This document shows positions 8,305 through 17,116 of a DNA stretch of 64,000 nucleotides, piece after piece. Both the position numbers and the translations under genes were made by a program. This DNA comes from an uncultured Collinsella sp. GTDB lineage: Bacteria; Actinomycetota; Coriobacteriia; Coriobacteriales; Coriobacteriaceae. The first letter of the stretch is position 1. Each line of letters starts with the position of its first letter. The notes beneath the pieces were generated by a model that searched no databases, was not told the origin of the DNA, and was given only the letters and a program-made list of their open reading frames with translations. The stretch is from contig CABUWV010000007.1 of assembly GCA_902495355.1 (NCBI GenBank), positions 33,686-97,685 on the forward strand, in the 5' to 3' direction.

Positions 8305-9555
8305 CTACGCCCGCTCCTGCAGGGCGTAGATGGACTTATCCATGTTGAACAGGTAAGCCACAACGCAGACGATGAAGAACGCCGACAGATTACCGAAACC
8401 GAAGACCTCGCAACCGATAAGGATGGTCGCGAGCAGCGTGTTGGTGGCGCTGCCAAAGACGGCGGCGTATCCCAGCGCGGCGCAAAGTTCGATGGGCATG
8501 CCGAGGATTCCGGCGAGCACGACGCCAAGGCTCGCTCCGATGGAGAACAACGGCGTCACCTCGCCACCCTGATATCCTGCGGCAAGCGTGGTAATGGTGA
8601 GTGCGAATTTGAGCGCCCAGTCCCAAGGCATGATGGCGTCCTTGCCGTCACCGTTGAGCGCTGCCGATATCAGGTTGGTACCAAGTCCGCAGTATCGCCC
8701 CTGCCACAGTGTGAACAGAATCGCTGATAGCGCGATGCCCATAACGGCGATTCGTACATAGGGGTTGGGGAGCAGTCGCGCCGCAAGGGTCTTGGCGTGG
8801 GCAAGGCACCAGGCAAAGGCGCCGCCTACCATGCCAAACGCGATACCCAGCACCGCAAGCCGTCCAAGACCGGGGAGATCAAGCGCGTATGAGGCGACAA
8901 CGGCGACTTCGAACTTCTCGAGTCCCAGGGCGCCGGAGGTCATACTTGCGGCGAGCGAGGCCGTAAGCGCGGGGAACAGCGCGCGGTATTCCATGCGTCC
9001 TGCGACCAGTACTTCGATAGCAAAGACCGTGGCGGCGAGTGGCGTTCGAAAGAGTCCGGCAAAGCCGGCGGCCATGCCGATAAGCAAAAACGTGTTGCCG
9101 GGGTTTCGGAAAGGTAGACGCCGGCCGATCCAGTGCGAAACGGTTGCACCGATCTGCACGGCTACGCCCTCGCGTCCCGCGCTGCCGCCAAAGAGGTGCG
9201 TCCCCCACGTGCTCAGCATAACGAGCGGCACGAGACGCGGGGAGATGACGTCTTCGCGCCCGTGGCCTACGTCAAATACCAGGCTCATGCCGCGGTCGGT
9301 GCCCTTGCCCCAAGTACGGTAGGCAAACACGATGGCAAGGCCCGCGAGGGCGAGGAAGGGAAGAAGCAGGGTGATGTACTCGTCGCGGAAGACGCCAATC
9401 GCCAGAAGCACGCGTCCAAAGAGGGCACAGATGACGCCAACGATGATGCCGATAGGGATTCCGACGGCACCCATAAGCACGAGGCCGCTATAGGTGTTGA
9501 GCAAGCGTTTGATTCTGCTCGATACGTTGCTTTCCGACATTTTGTTTTCCGACAC
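8305..9555 (-). CDS. CLC-family anion channel/antiporter, probably CLC-F type fluoride/proton antiporter
   Basis: Polytopic membrane protein with GMSLV, GREGVAVQIG and GGEVTPLF. The GREG(V/T) and GEVTP signatures are those I recall for the CLC-F clade. GTG at 9555; an alternative ATG is at 9540. Confidence 0.7.
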   Translation of the reverse strand: MSENKMSESNVSSRIKRLLNTYSGLVLMGAVGIPIGIIVGVICALFGRVLLAIGVFRDEYITLLLPFLALAGLAIVFAYRTWGKGTDRGMSLVFDVGHGREDVISPRLVPLVMLSTWGTHLFGGSAGREGVAVQIGATVSHWIGRRLPFRNPGNTFLLIGMAAGFAGLFRTPLAATVFAIEVLVAGRMEYRALFPALTASLAASMTSGALGLEKFEVAVVASYALDLPGLGRLAVLGIAFGMVGGAFAWCLAHAKTLAARLLPNPYVRIAVMGIALSAILFTLWQGRYCGLGTNLISAALNGDGKDAIMPWDWALKFALTITTLAAGYQGGEVTPLFSIGASLGVVLAGILGMPIELCAALGYAAVFGSATNTLLATILIGCEVFGFGNLSAFFIVCVVAYLFNMDKSIYALQERA

Positions 9556-9725
9556 TTGCTCTCTTGATAGAAAAAGAGCTGGAGTTGCGCATCGTTGAGA
9601 GGCTTTCCAGCTTTAGCAAAACAAACTTATAAGATGCGACGGGCCGCGTCAAGATAATTACCGGACGGCCTAGGAGGCGGCTGGTTGGCTGGCTTAAAAC
9701 CCAGCGCGTGAAATGACGCTCCGCG

Positions 9726-10364
9726 CTATTCAGCGCGCTTGATAGGATGACGAACCACGGTCTTTAGTTTCTCCGGTGCACATTTGCGTGGATCGGAGAG
9801 ATAGATTTCGTGATGTAAACGGGTGCCTGAGAAGTCGGGGACATAGCCCTGCTCGGTCGTGTATTCATGCATAGCGTTTACGGTCGCCGGTTCGTCGTCA
9901 TAGGGCCCGGTGTGCATGCATTGAACGCAGAGACCCTCGTCAACTTTAAGCAGCTCGACGGCAGAAAAGTCCAGTTTCTTTTTGGCCGTGGCCTCCGCGA
10001 CTGCCCAGTCAAAATCATCTCGGCTGACGAAATCGGGCAGGCGGATGCACGAGATAAAGTTGAAATCGTCCTTGCGTACATAATCGATGTCGCCGCTCGG
10101 GGAGTCTTGCCACCAGAAACCCTCGAGCGGAGGTACCACAAAGTCGAAATAGCCCTCGATACTCCTTGAGCCTTTCTTCGACATCTTGACGGTATAGGCG
10201 ATGCCGTAAAGCAGCGGCAGGGCGTTTTGATACTCGCCACCTTCAGTATTTGGGTCGCCCTTTCCGCGAACGGCAACGTAGCTCATAGGCGGGACAGTTA
10301 CGATACTCGGCTTGCTCGCAGGTCTGTAGAGCTCCTTGCATTCCTTCTTAAAGTCGAACGCCAT
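9726..10364 (-). CDS. GyrI-like small-molecule-binding domain protein
   Basis: N-terminus FDFKKECKELYRPASKPSIVTVPPMSYVAVRGKGDPN matches the widespread GyrI-like family pattern. No enzymatic motif. Confidence 0.6.
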   Translation of the reverse strand: MAFDFKKECKELYRPASKPSIVTVPPMSYVAVRGKGDPNTEGGEYQNALPLLYGIAYTVKMSKKGSRSIEGYFDFVVPPLEGFWWQDSPSGDIDYVRKDDFNFISCIRLPDFVSRDDFDWAVAEATAKKKLDFSAVELLKVDEGLCVQCMHTGPYDDEPATVNAMHEYTTEQGYVPDFSGTRLHHEIYLSDPRKCAPEKLKTVVRHPIKRAE

Positions 10365-10420
10365 GTTGGCCGCCTTTCTGCGTATTGGCCTGCTTAGATA
10401 ACGGAATCATATCATAGAAA

Positions 10421-10434
10421 CGAACAGCTGTTCG
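10421..10434. promoter_or_regulatory. perfect 14-bp palindrome CGAACAGCTGTTCG upstream of the GyrI-like gene (candidate operator)
   Basis: Read directly. It lies 57 nt upstream of the ATG at 10364 in an AT-richer stretch. Confidence 0.3.
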
Positions 10435-10540
10435 AATGATTTGGCTGACAGATTGAGATGCGTGCGTTGTGTTTGGCGGTCGGCCTGACCCCGTCGATGA
10501 TGTCTCTGCCTTCCCGGCGCCTCATCTATAGCCGCCATTT

Positions 10541-10585
10541 CCCCATATAAAACCTGCCAAAATAAACCTGTCCCTTTTTGGTAGG
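10541..10585 (+). repeat. 45-nt dispersed stem-loop repeat, copy A
   Basis: CCCCATATAAAACCTGCCAAAATAAACCTGTCCCTTTTTGGTAGG. One of five near-identical copies in the window. Confidence 0.9.
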
Positions 10586-10635
10586 TGCGAAATGGGTAAT
10601 ACTAAAGAGTTATCCGACCAGATGGGAATTAATCG

Positions 10636-11337
<702 letters not shown>

Positions 11338-11342
11338 CGCCC

Positions 11343-14108
11343 ATGGACCAGGACCGCCAAAACAGCCTACGCCGCGACGTGCAGAACACGGAGCGCGAGC
11401 AGGATTTTACGACCTACCGCACTGCCCAAAGCTCAAACGATATGGTGCCGACGGTTTTTCGCCGTGGCATCTACCGCACAATCCGAGGCAGTCTTAAGCG
11501 CTTCTTGTCAATCGTGGTCATCACCGCGCTTGGCGTGAGCGTGATGTGCGGCCTTAAGGCGGGTTGCGAGGACCTGTGCGATTCGGTTGACGCCTACTTC
11601 GACCAGCAAAATGTCTATGACATTAACGTGCAGTCGACCTATGGCCTGACTGACGATGATCTCGCCGCCATCCAAGAGGTCGATGGTGTCGAGACGGCCG
11701 AGGGCATCTACACCGAGACCGCCTACACCGCCGTGGGTACAACGCGCGAGCGCGTGGTCGTGCAGAGTCTCTCCAAGGAGAACATCGATCAGCCGGTGCT
11801 CGTGAACGGCGATTTGCCCGAGAGCGCTGATGAAGTCGCGGTGACTTCGAAGTTCCTGAAGGCATCGGGCAAGAAAATCGGCGATACGGTGAGTTTTGCC
11901 GCCAATGACGCGAGCTCGTCGAACCAAAGCGCCAAGGATCAGTTTGCCGCGGGCGATTACACCATTACGGCCGAGGTCCTCGATCCCACTGATGTGAGCT
12001 CCGACTCGACAGTCAACGCCTTTCGCGCTGCTTCGGCGGCGGACTATAAGTTCTATGTGAGCGAGGACGCCGCGACATCTTCTTCCTACTCCGCGGTCCA
12101 CGTGATCGTCGAGGGAGCCAAGAGCCTCAACTCCTATTCGGATGCCTACGCGGCAAAGATCAACAAGGTCAAGGGCAATATAGAGAAGATTCGCGAGGAG
12201 CGTGAGAAGGCGCGCGCTCAGGAACTGACGGTCGACACGCCGGCAAGCTTGGATGCGGCCGAGCGCCAGGCGAATATGCTCTTTGGGATTGAGCAGGACA
12301 ACATCAATCGCATGGCAGAGGGCAGCGAGGAGCGCGTGCAAGCGCAGACCGACCTGGATCAGCGCCGCGCCGCCGCCGACCAGCAGTTTGCCGATGCCCG
12401 CGCCGAGCTTTCCGATCTGGGCGAATGCACCTGGTACATCCAGGACCGCGGCAATATCGCAAGCTACTCGAGCGTGGAGAGCGATAGCTCGTCAATTGAG
12501 GCTATCGCCACGGTGTTCCCGTTCATCTTCTTTATCGTCGCCGTGCTCATCAGCCTTACCACCGCCACGCGTATGGTCGAGGAGGAACGCACACTCATCG
12601 GCCTGTATAAGGCGCTCGGTTATTCGCGCGGACGCATCCTGTCCAAATACGTGGACTATGCGCTGTGGGCCTGTCTGATCGGCGGCGTGCTCGGCAACAT
12701 CATCGGATTTGTGGGCCTGCCGCTGTTCCTGTTTACGGTGTTCGACGACATGTACTCACTGCCCCAGATGCTGCTTTCGTACGACATCGTGTCGTCGCTC
12801 GTGTCGGTGGCGCTGTTTGCCGTGGGCGTGGTGGGCGCCACGATTATCGCCTGCCGCCACGAGATGGCCGAGACCCCGGCCTCGCTTATGCGTCCCAAGG
12901 CCCCGCGCGCTGGCTCGCGCATCTTGCTCGAGCGCATCGGCTTTATCTGGCGCCGCATGGGCTTTTTGAACAAGGTCGCTGCACGCAACCTATTCCGCTA
13001 TAAAAAGCGCGCCTTTATGACCATCTTTGGCATCGCGGGTTGCACCGCGCTTGTGATCTGCGGTATGGGTATTCGCGACACGTCGGTCGCGCTTTCGCCC
13101 AAGCAGTACGGCCACATCACACGCTACGATCTGCTGGCGGTCGCCAATCCCGACGTTTTTTCGCAGACGTGCGCGGCGCTCGACGAGCGAAGCGCGGTCA
13201 AGGATTCCGGTGTGACCGTAACTTCGACGCTGCCGATCATGACTGACAACGTTACCTTTACGTTTGGCGGCAAGAGCGAGACCGTGCAGCTCATCGTGAT
13301 TCCCGACGACCGCACGGGTGACTTGGGCGATTACGTGCGCCTTGAGGATGAGTCCAAAGAGCCGCTGTCTTTGCGTGACGGAGACGTGTATCTGAGTAAG
13401 AGTTCACAGTTGGTGCTGGGGATTCAGCCGGGCGATACGGCTCACGTCCAGGATTCGTCGCTCAATGTTGCCAAGGTCAAAGTCAGCGACATTTCGCTTA
13501 ACTATCTGGGCAACACGCTTTACATGACGCAGGGCACCTATGAACGTGCGTTCGGTCGAAGCGCACGCCTCAACGGCGTCTTTGTGCTGCTTAAGGGTTC
13601 ATCTTCTGACCAGATTGCGTTTAGCAAGAAGCTTAAGAGCGACGGTTGGCTCACCATCTCAAGCACGGCCGAACATTGGCAGAACTACGAGGCGAACTTC
13701 ACTATCATCAATTCCGTCGTGGTGCTCGTGACCTTTATGGCGGCGTGCCTGTCGTTTGTGGTGGTGTTTACGCTGTCCAACACGAATATCTCCGAGCGCG
13801 AGCGCGAACTGGCGACCATCAAGGTGCTGGGCTTCCGTCGTGGCGAGGTGCACCACTACGTCAACAAGGAGACGCTGATCCTCACGGCGATTGGCACCGC
13901 ACTGGGCGTGCCGCTGGGTGGCCTGCTTGCCGAGAGCTTTACGTACATCCTGCAGATGCCGTCGCTGTACTTTGATGTTGAGGTCGAGCCGCTAAGCTAC
14001 GTGCTCGCCGTGGTGCTTTCCTTTGGCTTTACGTTTATTGTCAACCTCGCCACCAATCGTACCCTCAACAAGATCGACATGGTCGGCGCCCTCAAAAGCG
14101 CCGAGTAA
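11343..14108 (+). CDS. FtsX-family ABC permease with two permease modules and large extracytoplasmic/coiled-coil loops
   Basis: Two FtsX-like 4-TM blocks (around 12.5-12.9 kb and 13.7-14.1 kb). Adjacent to and coupled with the ATPase. A GTG at 11331 is an alternative start. Confidence 0.8.
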   Translation: MDQDRQNSLRRDVQNTEREQDFTTYRTAQSSNDMVPTVFRRGIYRTIRGSLKRFLSIVVITALGVSVMCGLKAGCEDLCDSVDAYFDQQNVYDINVQSTYGLTDDDLAAIQEVDGVETAEGIYTETAYTAVGTTRERVVVQSLSKENIDQPVLVNGDLPESADEVAVTSKFLKASGKKIGDTVSFAANDASSSNQSAKDQFAAGDYTITAEVLDPTDVSSDSTVNAFRAASAADYKFYVSEDAATSSSYSAVHVIVEGAKSLNSYSDAYAAKINKVKGNIEKIREEREKARAQELTVDTPASLDAAERQANMLFGIEQDNINRMAEGSEERVQAQTDLDQRRAAADQQFADARAELSDLGECTWYIQDRGNIASYSSVESDSSSIEAIATVFPFIFFIVAVLISLTTATRMVEEERTLIGLYKALGYSRGRILSKYVDYALWACLIGGVLGNIIGFVGLPLFLFTVFDDMYSLPQMLLSYDIVSSLVSVALFAVGVVGATIIACRHEMAETPASLMRPKAPRAGSRILLERIGFIWRRMGFLNKVAARNLFRYKKRAFMTIFGIAGCTALVICGMGIRDTSVALSPKQYGHITRYDLLAVANPDVFSQTCAALDERSAVKDSGVTVTSTLPIMTDNVTFTFGGKSETVQLIVIPDDRTGDLGDYVRLEDESKEPLSLRDGDVYLSKSSQLVLGIQPGDTAHVQDSSLNVAKVKVSDISLNYLGNTLYMTQGTYERAFGRSARLNGVFVLLKGSSSDQIAFSKKLKSDGWLTISSTAEHWQNYEANFTIINSVVVLVTFMAACLSFVVVFTLSNTNISERERELATIKVLGFRRGEVHHYVNKETLILTAIGTALGVPLGGLLAESFTYILQMPSLYFDVEVEPLSYVLAVVLSFGFTFIVNLATNRTLNKIDMVGALKSAE

Positions 14109-14238
14109 CCTGTCCTGGGATTCAAGTTCTAGCGAGCTGCCGACGCGCCCGCAGCAGCATTTTTGCATAAACCGCCCCGCCAAATGCATACTTTGACGGG
14201 ACGGTTGCTTTTTGCCCACAGGTACCCCAGGGGGCGCC

Positions 14239-14450
14239 GTGCAAATTCCGGAGTATTCAGCGTCCCGGGGTCCGCGGGCGCGGGGGCGGGGGTGCAAAAC
14301 TGCGCTGAAAGCCCCGATTCTGAGCCCCAACGCCTCTAGAGCCGCTCGTTTTTTTACAGGATGCGGCCCATGGTGCCTGCCTTTCGCCCAAAATCCAGTA
14401 TGCAGGCACCCTCGGCTGCTGAATACTCCCAAAAATGCACGCCGCATCCT
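14239..14450. repeat. inverted-repeat-bounded non-coding element with interleaved inner stems
   Basis: GTGCAAATTCCGGAGTATTCAGC (14239-14261) versus GCTGAATACTCCCAAAAATGCAC (14418-14440). AGGATGCGGC/GCCGCATCCT at 14358-14367/14441-14450. GGTGCCTGC/GCAGGCACC at 14372-14380/14402-14410. Confidence 0.7.
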
Positions 14451-14505
14451 ACCCCAGGCACCCGCAGCAAGAAGACGAATAGCCTCGGACTCCCTAGTTA
14501 CCGCA

Positions 14506-14626
14506 GGAGGCCCCAGGGCTTACCTCCCAAATCTTTCCGCAGGACGGAAAGACCCCGCCGCGCGAAGCGCACGGCGGGGTCCTGACATGTCCGAGGACGA
14601 TTTGGGAGGTAAGCCCTGGGGCCTCC
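14506..14626. repeat. nested palindrome just downstream of pfkA
   Basis: 28-bp arms at 14506-14533/14599-14626. Inner GACCCCGCCG/CGGCGGGGTC at 14551-14560/14572-14581. Small TTTCCG/CGGAAA stem at 14534-14550. Confidence 0.8.
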
Positions 14627-14649
14627 GATGAGAGCAGTTCCAGCCGAGG

Positions 14650-15729
14650 CTACTCGTCGCCGAAGCTGATGCCCAGCGCCTTGGCCTCGCGCACCAGATC
14701 GCTCTGGGGGTCGACAAACTTGAGCTTGCCGGCGACATCCTCGAGCGGCATGTGGCACATTTTGCCGTCGCGCAGGGCAATCATGTAGCCAAACTCGCCG
14801 CGCAGGCAGCCGAGCGCTGCCTCGACGCCGCACTGAGTCGCAAAGATGCGGTCCTGGGCGTCGGGCTGGCCGCCGCGCTGCGTGTGGCCGGGGATGGCGA
14901 CGCGGGTCTCGCGACCGGTCTTGGCCTCAATCTCCTTGGCGATGTCGTACACAATCGACGGGCTCGTGCGCTCGGCGAGCTTTTTCTTGTACTCCTTCTT
15001 GGACAGCGCTGCGTCCTCCTTGGAGATAGCGCCCTCGGCGACGGCTACGATGGTAAAACGGCTGCCGGTCTCCATGCGATGCTCGATGGTCTTGATGACG
15101 TTATCCATGTCGTAGGGAATCTCGGGAATCAGGATGACGTCTGCGCCGCCCGCGACGCCGGCATACAGCGGGATCCAGCCAACCTTGTGGCCCATGATCT
15201 CGATAACGAACACGCGCCCATGGCTCGAAGCGGTGGTGTGGATGTCGTCGATGCACTTGGTAGCGACGTCGATGGCGCTCGTAAAGCCAAACGTCAACTC
15301 GGTGCCCCAGGTGTCGTTATCGATGGTCTTGGGCAGGGCGATAACGTTGAGGCCCTCTTCGCGCAGGCGGTTGGCGGTCTTGGTGGAGCCGTTGCCGCCC
15401 AGCATAAACAGGCAGTCGAGCTGCAGCTTATGATAGGTGTGGACCATCGCCGGCACCTTCTCGACGCCGTCGGCCTCGGGGGTATCCAGGCGCTTGAACG
15501 GCGTGCGGCTCGTGCCTAGGATGGTGCCGCCGCGGGTGAGGATGCCGCTAAAATCGGCGGGCGTCATGACGCGGAACCTGCTGTAGATAAGGCCCTGGTA
15601 GCCGTCCTCAAAACCATAGATCTCGATAGGCTCTTCGCTATTGGTTATAAGCGTTTTGACGATGCCGCGCATGGTGGCATTGAGCGCCTGGCAGTCGCCG
15701 CCACTGGTAAGAAGACCGATTCTAAGCAT
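14650..15729 (-). CDS. pfkA: 6-phosphofructokinase
   Basis: LTSGGDCQALNA, MLGGNGS and PKTIDND motifs, about 359 aa. Confidence 0.9.
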   Translation of the reverse strand: MLRIGLLTSGGDCQALNATMRGIVKTLITNSEEPIEIYGFEDGYQGLIYSRFRVMTPADFSGILTRGGTILGTSRTPFKRLDTPEADGVEKVPAMVHTYHKLQLDCLFMLGGNGSTKTANRLREEGLNVIALPKTIDNDTWGTELTFGFTSAIDVATKCIDDIHTTASSHGRVFVIEIMGHKVGWIPLYAGVAGGADVILIPEIPYDMDNVIKTIEHRMETGSRFTIVAVAEGAISKEDAALSKKEYKKKLAERTSPSIVYDIAKEIEAKTGRETRVAIPGHTQRGGQPDAQDRIFATQCGVEAALGCLRGEFGYMIALRDGKMCHMPLEDVAGKLKFVDPQSDLVREAKALGISFGDE

Positions 15730-15869
15730 GATGAATCCTTCCGGGCAAGTTATAACATGCGCATAAGTTTACCCCCGCACACTGTTGATACGGGGGTAAA
15801 ACGTGTTAGCCCAAGCGTATAGAAATGTAAACAACGTCAGGTGAGCGTAAGATCGACGGACCTGGCTCC

Positions 15870-16955
15870 TTACAGTGCGAAGGCATCGACGTCGCCCCAG
15901 TGGCGGCGCAGCGTGATGGCGGCGGCGGGTTCGGTATTGTCAAAGACGACCGACCATTGCGTATTACTGGTGATGTCTTCCGGATTGGGCTCTTGTGCTG
16001 CGGCGCGCAGGGCTTCCCAGGCAATCGTTTCGTCCTGGGCACCGACATGGGCGTCAAGGACATCGGCGATTGCGACGGCGCGCTCTTTACCATGACCCAG
16101 CTCACCATTCTTTTGGTCGGGCAGCACTTCGTCGCCATAGCAGGCGTAGAAGTTCGTAACCTGGCGTACAGGAGTCGCTTTGAAAGCGCGGTCCGGATCG
16201 CGCGGATCCCACTCTACTACGCGCGCGTCACCGGCGGCGTCGTTGATAAAGAAGTGGTAATCGCGTCCTGCCATGGCGTGCATGTCGTAGGCGGAAAGCA
16301 GGTCGACAGCTTCTTGCGTGGTGGCGGCACGTTCGAGCACCAGACGGATGGCGAGCGAGGTGTTGATGATGGGGCGTTGCGTGTCCTGGTCACAGGGCTT
16401 GGAATCCAGGGTGAGTACGGCAATGGACACGCCGCATTCGTTAACACCGTCGAGCTGGGCAAACGGGCCCATGAGTGCGGCGGCGCGTCCGGCGACGGAG
16501 TCAAGTGGAGTGTTGGCGCCCAGGTTATTGAGGGCCGCAAACCCGATGGAGGCATAGCCGCCGCGTGGGTGATTGCGCACCAGCAGCGCTGAGGTGTCGT
16601 CTTTAAAGTCGTAATTGCGACCGGTGCGCACGCGGCCTTCGGCATCTACGGCGGCAAAAGCGCTGCAGGCAAACTGGGGCGCCTGGACATGTGCCGGCGC
16701 ACCGGGCAGCACCTGCGCCACCACGGCATCGATGTAGGCCTGATCGTCGCGCACGCCAGCGGCGATGATGCGATCAAGATCGTAGTCGTAGGCGATGTCG
16801 ATTGCGTACAGGTCATAGCCATCCGCGTAGCCGGTCAAGCGTCTGAGCGACGCGGCGGACTTGATTTGCTTGCGGTAAACGATGCCGGCGGCAGCGGCAA
16901 AGCCGACGGCGACTCCCGCGACACCGCAGGCGATGGCAATGTTACGTGGCTTCAT
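15870..16955 (-). CDS. membrane-anchored Ntn hydrolase of the choloylglycine hydrolase / linear amide C-N hydrolase family
   Basis: N-terminal TM anchor (IAIACGVAGVAVGFAAAAGIV), then QFACSAFA...GRNYDF, i.e. a candidate nucleophile Cys followed by the family's RNxD motif. Confidence 0.65.
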   Translation of the reverse strand: MKPRNIAIACGVAGVAVGFAAAAGIVYRKQIKSAASLRRLTGYADGYDLYAIDIAYDYDLDRIIAAGVRDDQAYIDAVVAQVLPGAPAHVQAPQFACSAFAAVDAEGRVRTGRNYDFKDDTSALLVRNHPRGGYASIGFAALNNLGANTPLDSVAGRAAALMGPFAQLDGVNECGVSIAVLTLDSKPCDQDTQRPIINTSLAIRLVLERAATTQEAVDLLSAYDMHAMAGRDYHFFINDAAGDARVVEWDPRDPDRAFKATPVRQVTNFYACYGDEVLPDQKNGELGHGKERAVAIADVLDAHVGAQDETIAWEALRAAAQEPNPEDITSNTQWSVVFDNTEPAAAITLRRHWGDVDAFAL

Positions 16956-17116
16956 GACGGTTCCTCTCGTCCTGTTAGCGCAATTGTCGCAAAAGGGGCG
17001 CGGGCATGATGGCTCAACTTGGTGAGCGGTGCGGAATTAAGCACGGAATGAAGAGTGCGGCGCTGGCGTGGCGGGGTATGCTGGAGGGGACCATCAACCC
17101 AGCGAAAGGGGAGAGC

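Noticed and set aside
9556-9725. Fluoride (crcB-motif) riboswitch expected upstream of a CLC-F gene
   Set aside because: Reading the minus strand, I could not find the conserved GGnGAUGG...AACCGCC...CUGAUGAUnCCUAC-type elements. This can only be settled with a covariance-model scan.
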